Source of the DNA: Paraspadella gotoi
Taxonomy: Eukaryota > Animalia > Chaetognatha
DNA: 64,000 nucleotides
Direction: 5' to 3'
NCBI GenBank assembly: GCA_051294375.1
Contig: CM119263.1
Span: 827,756-891,755, forward strand
The notes under the pieces were generated by a model. That model did no database searches. It was not told where the DNA came from and was given only the letters and a program-made list of their open reading frames with translations. Shown here in pieces: positions 40,536-53,400 of this stretch; positions within the stretch are counted from its first letter, which is position 1; every line of letters starts with the position of its first letter. Made by a program: the position numbers and the translations under genes.

Positions 40536-40783
40536 GAACTCGTTCCTGCCTCCACCGCCAATCAAACGGAGCATAAAAAATAATTGATGAACGCAATTAA
40601 TTCAAAATTTAGACGTAAATCGACAAAACAATGGAATTTTCTTGATTCCCGCTTTCTGCGCGCGCGGCCCGTGTACTCGTTTAAAAAATATATGGACGTG
40701 CGAATGCGCGCAGATTGTTGACGGTTTTCCTCTCCATTGGTCATTCGTTCCATTTCTGTGACGAGGTTAAACAAATATCTCAC

Positions 40784-40811
40784 CTCTGCTGGCGCCTTGC
40801 GTAAGAATCAT
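40784..40811 (-). CDS. Candidate first coding exon of the nuclear receptor (MILTQGASR)
   Basis: ATG ATT CTT ACG CAA GGC GCC AGC AGA G|gtgag. The phase-1 donor fits the microexon and the 24843 acceptor. No homology support. Confidence 0.3.
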
Positions 40812-41005
40812 CCTTCTTTTTTTTTTCTTTCTTTTTTCTTTCTTTTCGCTTGTGTGGTAATTGTCTTTGCAAGTTATCTTACTAACTTCATTAGTATTAC
40901 GACTGGTTTTCTTTTGTTTTATTGCTTTTTTTTAAGTACTTTTGTATTTCTGTCTGTTCTTTCTTTTTTTTCTATTTCTCTTTCTTTCTTTTTCATTTCT
41001 ATCCC

Positions 41006-41057
<52 letters not shown>

Positions 41058-42427
41058 TGATGAAAAACAGAATTTGGCAGAAAAACTGACCGAATTTTCC
41101 TGGGGTCAAGACTCGTCGCTGGGAGAGAAGTTTCTCTCATCGTTTTCCAAAAATCTTTTTTTTTCCACCTTTTTTTTTATGAGCAACTACAGCTGTCTGA
41201 CCACATTACGTCAATTAAAATAATATTAAAAAGTAAAATTCGTTACAGGAAAGAATCCTGTTGTCTAAATCAAGAGTTTTTGGAAATACAATGAAAAACT
41301 AAAAAGAAAGATTTTTGGTTCTTCACGGAAAATGAGTGAGAGGAAATCGAAATCGCATAAACAGTTGATAATATTGAATAGAAAAATTAAAATATACTTT
41401 TAAGTTTCAAAGACTCGAATTTAAAAGCTCAAATAAAAAAGATAAAATAATAAAAAAAAGGTAAAGAATTAACTTATTTAGCTTGGACAGTGACTAACTG
41501 ACTATAGTTTAGTTATTGACTGAATATTTTTTACTTCGGTATTTTTACTTTTACATTTTTTATCGTTTTTATTATTTTGGTCTTTCTTGTTTGGATTTCT
41601 ACCTTAGGCTTATATCTAATTCGGCATTTTGACGTTTACCTTTCAACGTCTCAAGTTTTTGTTTTTTTTTAATATTTGAATGTTTTGACAAGTTTTATCT
41701 CTTGCATTTTAATTTATCCGTTTCTTCTTTCCTGGTTGCTGAGCAGCACCATTTCCGTATTTTTATTTTGCTGTTCGTTTTGCGATAAATTGGTTTGCTC
41801 TGTTTTTAAAGGGATGAAAGAAAAAAATTTACATCCAAATTTTGAACTTCAAATTTGATCAGAAATATTTTTAAATTTTCTTTTATCTCATTTTATTTTT
41901 AATTGTGTGGATTAAGGCGCTAAGTGTTCTCTCTTCTGAGTGAATTGTTTTTAGTGAGTCTCTTAGATCTAAGAAAAAATAAATGGACAAGTTCCTTCAA
42001 CGTTATCGCAAGCACAGAAAGTATAATTAATAAGAAAATTAGTTTCATTAATTCGATTTCTGTGCATAAGCAAAATTTTTATTTGCCAAATATTTCGAAA
42101 CTGCTTTTTCAGTTCATCATCGTCACTCAAATGGATAAGTTGAGTTTTAAAACTGAAAATAATATTATATCTTAGCAAACATTGTAAAAAGGAATTTGTT
42201 TCGAATTGTTTTAATTTAAAAATAAATTCCGTAAATCTACGCATGGCACTAACATTTTTAACTGGACGACCATCGAAAGCTGAACGAAAACGGAAGCAAA
42301 ACATTTTATGGTAAAAATCACGAATCGAATCCGAGAGGAATAGTGACGTCACAGACGCTCACAACAAATCCTCCTGCCAAGCCAAACAGTATTATGGAAA
42401 AGAGGGAGAGAGAGAGGGAGAGAGAGA

Positions 42428-42465
<38 letters not shown>

Positions 42466-42995
42466 AAGGAAGTGAGAAAAAGTGAGTGAGAAAAAGAGAG
42501 TGAGAGAGAAAGAGAGAAAAAGTGAGAGAGAGAGACCGTGAGAAAAAGAGTGAGCGAAAGAGTAAGAGACAGTGTGAGAGAGTGATTGAAAGAGTGAGAA
42601 AAAAAGAGTGTGAGAGAGAGAGAGAGAGAGTGTGTGAGAGAGTGAGTGAAAGAATGAGAGAGAGTGAGTGAAAGAATGAGAGAAAGAGTGAGAGAGAAAG
42701 AGTGAGCTAAGGAGAGAGAGAAAGAGAGAAAGAGAAAAAGAGAGAGAGAGAGAAAATTGACCGTCTATAAAATGCGGAAATAGTATTATATAACTGAAGC
42801 CAAAAAAGAAGACATAAGAAATCGCGAAAGAGAACTTTAATCACGGCAGAAGGAGAGGATGATGATATGATGACGACGATGGAAAGGCTGACCACAAATA
42901 CATCCTTCCGCTCAGTTTTTGGTGGAGGTCAAGAAAATTGGGGCTGAGGAAATCCGTGGAATGGTCAGGGATGTCGGCGATGTGAGAGAGAAGGG

Positions 42996-43091
<96 letters not shown>

Positions 43092-43907
43092 GAAAAAGGA
43101 CAATTGGTCAGCCGTGAGTCTGATGTAACCTCCATACAGAAAAAGGGGTAGAGGAAAACGAGAGAAATGGGTCAAAGAGGGAGAGAGAGTGGGAGAGAGA
43201 GAGGGGGCGTCGGGGCCGTGGAGGGGAAGGTGTTACAAAGCAGAAGGAGCCTCATATCCATAGAGGGGAAAAAAATGAGGCGAACTAAGTTTAGCATCTG
43301 CGTCGATTTTCCTTGCGGCTGAATTTCTAGTCAAGAATCGTATTTTGGGTTTTGACTTTTGAGACCAAAGAGAAAATATGTATTCGCTCACAGACAAAAT
43401 AGATGTACATATTCGAAGAGAGGGATTGTAGAAAAGAAGAAAAAGAGAAAGGAATTGAAGATAGGATGAAAATAAAAGAAAAGAGAAGAAAAGAAGAAAA
43501 GGAAAGAGTTGAATCGAAGTAAAGAAAAGAAGAAAAGAAAAGAAAAGAAAAGAGAAGTGAAGGCATCGGAATTTAGCTTCTTGCCATCAGCGCTTAGGCA
43601 ACTCAAGTCTTTTTCATTTTTTTTATTGGCTTTAGAATTTCACCTTCAACTAAATATGAAGTTATATTTTTGAAAGAATAAAATCAATATTTTAAGTCTT
43701 TTGCAAAATATTCTTTAATCATATATAAAATTATTGATAAAATTTAATGATAAAAAAGCGACAACAACAACGATCGCTTCCGGTAAAAAAAATTAATCTT
43801 TTTTTTTCTTTTTTATCTCTGAGAATCCGGAAAAAAAATATAAGAAAAGAAGAAGAAATCGGTGACCCTCGGTTCTCAAAAATCCCTCGAAATTTTTCCA
43901 TCTCTCT

Positions 43908-43977
<70 letters not shown>

Positions 43978-44749
43978 CTCTCTCTCCCACATTAATATTA
44001 AACCTTTTTTTTTTATCCATCCATTCTCTTTTCACTCGAACGGATGAATAAAGAAAAAAAGAAAACAAGGATTTTTTTGTAAAAAGGAAAAGAAATAAGA
44101 GATGAGGAAAAAAAAAGTAGGGAGGAGGAGGAGGAGGAGGAGGGGGCAGCAGGGTTGAAGAATCTGGGACGAGGCCAAAGGGTCAGTCCGTCCTCGTCGT
44201 CGTCTGATTGGTGGAATCCCTATCGGGGAAAATCCGCCAATCGAATCCGTCCGACGGTCAGTAATGACCGAAGGAGAATGAGACGGAAGAACGGGTTACG
44301 CAAGGCGAGTCGAAAGGGAGGGAGGAAAGAAGGAGAGGGAGGAAGGGAGAAGAGAGTGGGAGAAGAAGGGAGGAGGGAGGAGAAAAGAGAGAAGAAAAGA
44401 AGGGAGAGGAAGAGGGGAGTAAAGGAAAGGAGGGAAAGGAACAGAGGACGAGGGAGAAAGGGGAAAAGGTTTAAATGAATAAGGAAAAAGATAGAAGTAT
44501 CGTCGGGCGTGAAGATAGTTGACACATTATCCTACCTAATCGGAAGAGAAGAGAAGGGTTTGAGGCTGGGGGGGGGGGGAATAAAAAGAAAAGAAAAAAA
44601 GAAAAGAAAAAAGATAAGAAGAGAAAGGAACAATGGAACCTTCTTGCGGCGTCTTGAATTACGACGTCGTAGCGAGACGACGATAACGGAAAAGATGATG
44701 GCTCACCGGTTACTATGTTATTTTCTTTTTATCTCTTTGCATCTTTTTC

Positions 44750-44820
<71 letters not shown>

Positions 44821-46547
44821 CGATAACAGCGGGTCTTATCGTAACGCGCCAAGCGATTGGTTATCTTGCGACGAAGTTCTGCGGTTGGGAAAGCAAAACG
44901 AGAACAAGGAACGAAAGTGATAATTGTCGAGTAGGGTGAGAGCTGAAAAAAAATAATAACAGACAAAGATGACATCTGGGGGCGACAAATATATTTTGAT
45001 ATTTCATTAAACGACTCCCATAATCCGGCGTTTCGCCACAGACTTCCTAACAAGAACGATGTTTCAAATCGAATTAGAAACCTAGGGCAGAAAATATTTT
45101 TAACCTTGTTGAGATATTCCAGAATACAACATTTTAAAATTTAGCTCTGCGATGATAGTAAAACAAGTAATTTAACTATTTTTTTAAAAAAATGTGAGAA
45201 AATGACAAAATTGACAAAGATCGAGCGAATGGAAGTTAAGGACGAGATTTCGATTATCAAACGAAGATCGAGTCGAGTTTTCAAATGATTTTGTCTCTCG
45301 ATCCGCTATCTTTTGTTTCGTATTTTCGATCTTTTGTTTCGTATTTTCGATCTCATTCATCCCGATTTCATACAACTAACACGATTATGCAATTTGAGAA
45401 AATATGTAACAGGTTTTTGTTAATAAATTTTGAAAAAAAGAAAATAAAGAACTATTTGTCCATCAAAAAAAAATGTAAAGATAATAAAGTTAATTACCAG
45501 GAAAAAAAAAAGAAAAAAAAATCCCGAATTTTTATGCGTCATCATAAGAGAAAATGACGCGACAGTCAGTTAATGACGTATCAGTCAGCAAAGTGTATCA
45601 GCAGGAAAGCAGTAGTGGCGATTAATGCCAAAGAGCAAGCTTTGACTTAAACTGGTAATCAAATAACCTTGGGGACGAATTCAGTGCAAATCGCGTTGAA
45701 AAAAACTAGAATTCAAATTATCTTTGAAGAATAATACTTTAAATGTGAACTTTTGGCTTCGTCTGATAATCCAATATCCATCGGGTCAACTTTTTTAAAT
45801 TAAAACAATTATTTGTACTTTTTTAAAATATTAGCAAGGTCGTAAAGTACGTACATCGAAAATATACTTATTTACGTAGTTTTTGATATTTTTGATAGTC
45901 GTACTGCTATAAACACTTGGACCTCTCAGAGTTTATTTTCTGCCATTTGGATTGTCAATCGAAAAATATCAAATTCGAAAATGCGAAATTGGATATTTGG
46001 ATATAATTCCGAGATCGACTTCGACAGGTAAAGTCAACAGCAAATAAAATATTATTTATGATAAATCATTAAATAGTTAGAAGAGAATTAAGACCAGGAA
46101 GGAACGAAAATCGCTATTTTGGCCTCTCAAGTAATTCGCGGCTTTCATGAGTCACGATACCGTCGATCATGAAAGGACATAAACAAGCGAACGACTGGCC
46201 ACAGCCACTGGTCAATCACCATCTCTACCCCTCAGATTCGCCACCATCACCACCGTCGATTCACACCCCCCCTGCAAAGCCCACCTCCCCCCTCCATCGC
46301 TGTCAATCGCGACCGATTTTCACTCTCACCCCGAAGGCAGGATTTGATGGAACCGAGATGGCATCGACATCGGTGCCATCCCCCGTCGCCCCACGACCTC
46401 GACGTGGACCCCGGCGACGCGGCGACGCGGCGACGCCATGGAGGGCGCGGGGGCGCGACGGAAGGTTGGGTGGCGTGAGAGGGTGTGAAGGAAATGTAAT
46501 GGATATAAGAGGGAAAGAAAGAAAGAGAGAAAGAAAGAAAGAAAGAG

Positions 46548-46618
<71 letters not shown>

Positions 46619-47232
46619 AAAAAATAAAAAGAGATCTTTCCAATAATGGATTGAGCACAGAATTGACTAAAAATGACCCTCGCGACTAAAAACGGCTCAA
46701 ATGACCAAAATGACCAAAATTGACCCAAATGGTCAAAAACGGAAATCATTTGACCAAAAAGAAGCTAAAAAAACGAGGCAGTGTTCTCCTTCACGACCCG
46801 ATCGCTTGGACCCTGACGACGGAGTAACGNNNNNNNNNNNNNNNNNNCAAAAACGGAAATCATTTGACCAAAAAGAAGCTAAAAAAAAAGGAGGCAGTGT
46901 TCCCCTTCGCGACCCGATCGCTTGGACCCTGACGACGGAGTAACGAATTTTTTTTTTTGGGAGGAACATCTATATTTTGACCTTCTCTCTCACTCGCTCC
47001 TTTTTTGACCCTCCCGACCCTTGGATGTTTTAACGTCTTTTTTGACCTCCCCCCCTCGGCCCCTTCGGACCAGTTCATCCCCTCATCAACAGTTGCCTTG
47101 GGTCAATGAAAAAAAAAAGTCAAATGGCAAAACGGTGACTGGCAACCAATGGGGTCGATGGCAAGAGGTCGAAACCCGAAAAAAAATTTCAAGGATGGTC
47201 ACATTTTTTTTACCCCAGGGAAAAAGGACGTT

Positions 47233-47276
<44 letters not shown>

Positions 47277-48461
47277 AAGAGAGAGAAGAGAGAGAGACCC
47301 CCGAGCGACGAAATCTAATTAAACTCGATTCCATCAAAACGACGTTGAGTCTCTGAGCGACAAAAATTACAGCGCGTGAAATTTTTAAACCGAAAGAGAG
47401 TGAGAGAGAGAGAGAATTGACCGCGGTAGAAGTCAATAAAGTGCAAAAATATAATTAAATAAGAATAAGAATTATATAACGGAAGCTGAGGACGAATAAC
47501 ATCGCGCAAGATAATCTTTAAGAGAGAGAGAGAGAGAGAAGATGAGGACTAATTTTAGAGAGAGCTATTTGCATTTGTTAATTAATTAATTTCCATCTCA
47601 TTTTTTTTTTAACGTTAATATTTTAGAGCTATCCGCGTTTTCTGCGATTTTAAGTTCTAAAAGTAGGATTAATTCGACAACTTTATAACGTTATTCGTGA
47701 CCTAAAAAGGTTCATCTGAGTTGACGGTCAAGATCTCTCTTCCTCTCCGTTTTATTACCGAAGATTCAAAAGTGGATTAGGTACACTTTCTTGATGCCAA
47801 CCAACTCCCTTACCCCCTTCCTCTCACTCACCCCCGAAGCGGGCCCGTCTCTCACGTTCGGCCTTCATCTCCTTAATCGGTGCATCCTGATCACGTGAAC
47901 CGTCTGAGGGGGGGGGGCAAGGGCTGCGGCTGCGGCTGAGTCTGGCGTCCTTGAGCGCGACCCGAAATTCGGCGAAAGAAAAATCCTTTTTCGTCCTCGA
48001 CTCGAAAAAATATAAATTATCGTCAATCGGTTATGGTGTTAGTGTTTTGATTTTTTTTACATTGTTTTTATTTCGTTTCTTGAGCGAGTTAAATTTTAAT
48101 TTTTTATTATCGATTTGAGCAAATATAAACAAACAAACGAAGCTAAAAATGTTTATTTTTTTTTTACTGAAACGGAAACAAATAAATGGTTACTTTGTTT
48201 TGAAACAGTCGACACGAACGGAAGAAGGAAAACACTTATTCGTATTTTAGTATTAAAAAAAACAAAGTGGAACACACGGTGAGCTGAAAACATGTATTAC
48301 CCGGGGCCGTCAACATTGCACTGGGAAGAGGCCAACTGGCGGGAGAAGAGGATGATGATGGGTTGAGCAAGGAGAAGAGGAAGAGCGAGGCGAGGAAGAG
48401 GAGATGGCGTGGGAGTTTAACCTTGGGAAGAAGAGCAGGGAAAATGACGTATGGAGAGAGA

Positions 48462-48499
<38 letters not shown>

Positions 48500-50134
48500 A
48501 TCTTTTTGGATCTCACTATTATACAATTCAGAATGAATCGTGTTTTGTTTAGATTAAGTCTTGAGCTAAAATTAAAATTTGTTAACTTTTATCATAACAG
48601 CGATTCGAAGACAATGAGTGTATTTATTCCTTCTATAAAAAATAATTATAACATCACACTTGAACTCGTTGAACTTTAAGAAAGTGATACAACCATTTAA
48701 ACTAAGATTTATATTATATTATATTATTAATTATAGGTGAGGTTTCCTGGTTTCCTATGGTCCTAAGGTATGCGTTAAAACAATATTATATTTTAATATC
48801 ATTTCAAATTTTCTATTTAAAATAAGGTTTTCAATTGAAACTATTCATCTCACTCTACTTAATTAAGATAAACTCGATAAGTCGTTTCGAAGCCTTCCGA
48901 AATCAACGAAATAGTTACGCCCACTGAATAATCCAAGCTTTTTGTTTTAAAGACATTAATTTGATAGTTGATAGCCAGGTGGCTTTATAATCAGTATTAA
49001 CTTGACAAAGGAACACTCTCTCTAGTAATTTTTTTTCTAACTAAACTGACATTAATAATGTCATTATTATTATATTATGACAGAATCTCAAACAATTAGG
49101 TAGTTTTTTTCAGTCTTATGTTATTTCCGACACTGTGGCTTAGCCCTCCCTAGCTAACTTAAGACTAAATAAATTAAATGTTAACTAAATTAAATTCTTG
49201 TTTTAACTATTTTCCTCGAGAAGTTTAATAGCAATTTTACCATGAAATTTCAATAGCCTAAAATAAAAACATTATCTATTGCAAAATTCCGCAGTGCAAA
49301 TTGCAATTATTCAAAGACAATCGATTTTGAACATGTTGAACATATAAAAAACTACCAGGAATGAAACGAAAAGCACCATGCTTCGAAGATCACATTCAGG
49401 GGATCAAAGATCACGTTCAGGGGATCAAAGATCACGTTCAGGGGATGAAAAAGTATTACAGAAATTCATTGAATCGTAAAAGAAACTAATATAGGTTTAG
49501 AACACGAGCAGAACTTTTTGATAACATTTTTTGTATTGTACACAGACAGTCTTAACCGATGTTGGCCCTATTTTCCCAAAGCGACCCTTTTCATCCTAAA
49601 TTTGGAATTAAATGAGTTTAATTAAGTTTAAATATTAGGTTAAAGGTTAAGGTTAAGAATTATATTATTTTTTTTTTAGGAAAAACAGTTTTTAATAGTC
49701 GTTCTTTGACTATTAAAAACTGTTTTTCCAGAAAATTCCTAAAAATACAACGAAACGAAAGCAAAATCAATACAATAATAATATTAAAAATTAGGGTTTA
49801 AGATTAAGTTAATAATTAGGGTTAGGAATTCGTGTTAAAAAATAGTGTTTAGAGGTTTAAGGTTTGGGAAAAATAATAAGATTTAGGGTTGAGGTTAAGA
49901 ATTAGGGTTTGGGAATAAGTTTTAACAAAGATTGAGATTAAAATTTAGTCCTAGGTTTAAGGAACAAAAATTGGGTGCTTTAGGAAAAGAGAGTCCACAT
50001 TTCTACGTTATTCCTAATTTTTTAACCTAAACTTTTTGTCTTATCATTTATCTAATTTCCCCTCATCTCTCTATCCTTTTTTACTATCCGATCCTATCCT
50101 TTTTCCTTCACTCGGCCGCCGGCTCTTCTGATTC

Positions 50135-50490
50135 CTCTCTAATCTCTTCTTCTTCTCTTCTGCTTCTTATTCTTCTCTAATATTTTTCTTCTTCTCTTCT
50201 GCTTCTTCTTCTCTAATCTTTTTCTTCTGCCTCCCTCTCTAATCTCTTCTTCTACTCTTCGGCTTCTTCTTCTCTAATCTTTTTCTTCTGCCTCCCTCTC
50301 TAATCTCTTCTTCTTCTGCCTTTTCTTCTTCTCTAATCCTTTTCTTCTGCCTCCCTCTCTAATCTCTTCTTCTTCTGCCTTTTCTTCTTCTCTAATCCTT
50401 TTCTTCTGCCTCCCTCTCTAATCTCTTCTTCTCCTCTTCTTCTTCTTCTCTAATCTTTTTCTTCTGCCTCCCTCTCTAATCTCTTCTTCT
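50135..50490 (-). repeat. ~59-60 bp purine-rich tandem repeat overlapping the AKR 3' end
   Basis: ctccctctctaatctc recurs at 50231, 50292, 50351, 50410 and 50468. Confidence 0.85.
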
Positions 50491-53400
50491 GCAATTCCTC
50501 TTTTTTCTCTTTGCATTTTTGGTAAAACTTGACGCGATCCTCCCCGACCCAGTCGCGCTTCTCCAACGCCCCGAACACACCCAGGATTTCCTCCATGGCC
50601 GACTTTTCCTGCGGCCAGAGGTTCTGCTGGATCATCTTCAACTGTTTCTTGAGGGCGTCGAGACTTTGAAATGTCCGAAGTGGATTGTGGCGCGAGAGGA
50701 GTCAGGAAAAGAGGAAAACAATTGAGATGAAATGAAAGGACAAATGTAGTAAGAATTTATACTAAAAAGTATAACAACATATTAAAGATCCATTATTTCC
50801 CTCATACGCTCTTTATTCTGAACAATCTTAAAATAACCTGCCAATCAATTAAACGTAATAATTAATAAATAATAATTTGCAACCTCTAAGCAACCAGCTC
50901 ATATTATGAGTCATAAGCGCCCTTATCACAGCAACCCAACAATTCAAAACCAAGCAACCCCATCGCCAATCAATCCAAGCAAATCTCATTCATCCTCAAC
51001 CTTTGCCCCCCCCCCCTCGCCCTTACGTGTTGCACATGAAGAGCGTCGTCGCTGGTTCTGGTTGCGACAGCGCGAAATGCGTCGCCAACTTCACGATGTC
51101 CACCGATTTTTCCTCGCAGATTTTCGCCGCCGCCGCCGCCGCCTCCTTGAGCGCATCGCCCGCCGGGTGGAAATTCGGGGCGCCCTTCGCGCTGAGGAGA
51201 CCCATGGCGACGGGGGATGCGGAGACGAAGCCGACGTCGTTGTCCTTTTGGATACGAAATTTTATATTTTTTTTTCCCTAATTTTTTTTTTTTTTTTTTT
51301 ATTAAAAAACAAATAAAAAACCTTTTTTAACAAAAAAAGGAAGTTAAAAAGTTCATCGACCTAAATTCAATTCGATTCAAATTAAAAGAAATTCGCAATA
51401 GGGAGAAACAAAAAAAATTGGTAAATCACGAAAAAAATAAAACAATAATTTAAAAATAAAACAATTGAGCCACAATTGAACACAAGCCCCTCCCCAACCC
51501 CCTAATCAGCTCATCACCTCGAAGAACTGTGCATAGTCTTTAGCGCTGGTGTCGTTGAGTGTGCAGTGACAGGGCGACAGAACCACATCGATCTTTATGT
51601 CCGAATTGGCGACGACTTCCTTGACCGCCTCCAGATCGTAGCCCGTCACTCCGATGAACCGCAGCTTCCCCTCCGCCTTCAGACGCTGCAGAGCGGGCAG
51701 CGTCTCTCTGTACAGGATTGACTTGTCCTCCACGAAGTCGACATCTTGAATCTGGAGTGGGAGTCGGGGTTGAAACGTGAGCGGGATGGGGGAGTGTTTG
51801 ATTGGAGATTTGGGGACGCCCGATAACTTGGTCGAAAAAAGCAATACTCCCGTCAAGCTTTCGTTGCTTGCATTGTAGTCAGGAATTAAGAGTACAAGCA
51901 GTTGTGGCCGAGTGGTTAAGGCGACTGACTAGAAATCAGTTACGGTCTCCGTGCACAGGTTCGAATCCTGTCAACTGCGATGTTTCTTTTTTGATACGGT
52001 TCTACATGGTGACAATTTTACAAGCGCCGGAAGAAATACGCTGTCATTTTCAAACCAGTGGTTATTTCCTTGATTTTAAAATTTAGTTGAGTAGAAAATA
52101 CTAAAACTATTTATGTGTTAAAAATTTATATTGATCAGTTAAGATATGCTTTGACAATGAGTGGAGAAAGTTGGCTTGTCAACTTTTTTCCAACTCACTG
52201 TTTTTAAATTCTTTTTTTTTTTTTACTTTTAAAACTTTTTTAAAAAGTATTTATTAAAATATTAACAATATTAATATCCTCAGAAAGCCCTTAAAAATAT
52301 GAAGAGAATTAATATACTTACAAATTCTGTAGTATAAAATTTAACTGGCCCAGCTTTAATTTAATTAGGATATTCAAAAATGAGACATCTTTTTAAAAAT
52401 CAATAGCTAGAGAGTAAATTTATATATTTTTATCAAATTGTGATTGGCTATCTTAAATCTTTTTTTCTCAGGCTCTTTCATAATACTTATATAAATAATA
52501 ATATTTTTTGTTATAATAATTTAAACAGGTCATATATTTTTAAAAAAGATTTAAAATTTTAATAAATTCACTTTTAACACTCTTAATTGAACCAAGGCTG
52601 GGCAGCTTACTTTTTATGTTAGAGCTTTCGTAAGTATATCAATCTCTTCATATTTTTAAGGGCTTTCTGAGGATATTAATATTGTTAATATTTTAATAAA
52701 TACTTTGTTTAAAAAAGTTCTAAAAGTTTAAAAAAAAAAATTGAATTAAAAAACAGTAAGTTGGAAAATGAACCCGATTTGACAAGCCAACTTTCTCCAC
52801 TCATTGTTAAGGCATATCTTAACTGATCAATATAAAAGTTTAACATATAAATAGTTTTAGTATTTTCTACTTAACTAATTTTTAAAATCAATGAAATAAC
52901 ACTGGTTTGCAAATGACAGCATATTTCTACCGGCGCTTTTAAAATTTGTCACCATGTAGGTATTTTTTTTTTCATCAGCTTCTAACAGTAATGAAAAAAA
53001 ACTATTCCGGCCTGGGATCGAACTAGGGACCTTGCGCTAATCAGGTGGTCGTGACAATCGCTATATTAAGAGAACTACTGATTTACTTTTATGAAATTGG
53101 TACACACCAATATAAAAATTATCCATTCATTTAATAAATAAGCTATCTGACTTTGGACAGGCTTTGGTGGTTTAAGGCCTCCATCACTCTTACAAGATAA
53201 TAACATAGCAGGTCCCTGCAAGCTTTCAATCAAGACTCTCTCACAGTCTCGTTTATTCACTCCCAGAGTACCTGGCTTCCCTATCATGAAGTGGTATAAT
53301 ATTTCAAAGAATGTTTCAATTGTATGAAAAGACCACTCCTTAAGTATTAGATCGGGGAATACTTATTGTACTCCGCACTAGCATCAAAATACAAGGAGCT

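Noticed and set aside
46737-46945. Direct repeat flanking the N gap
   Set aside because: Most simply overlapping contig ends on either side of a scaffold gap.
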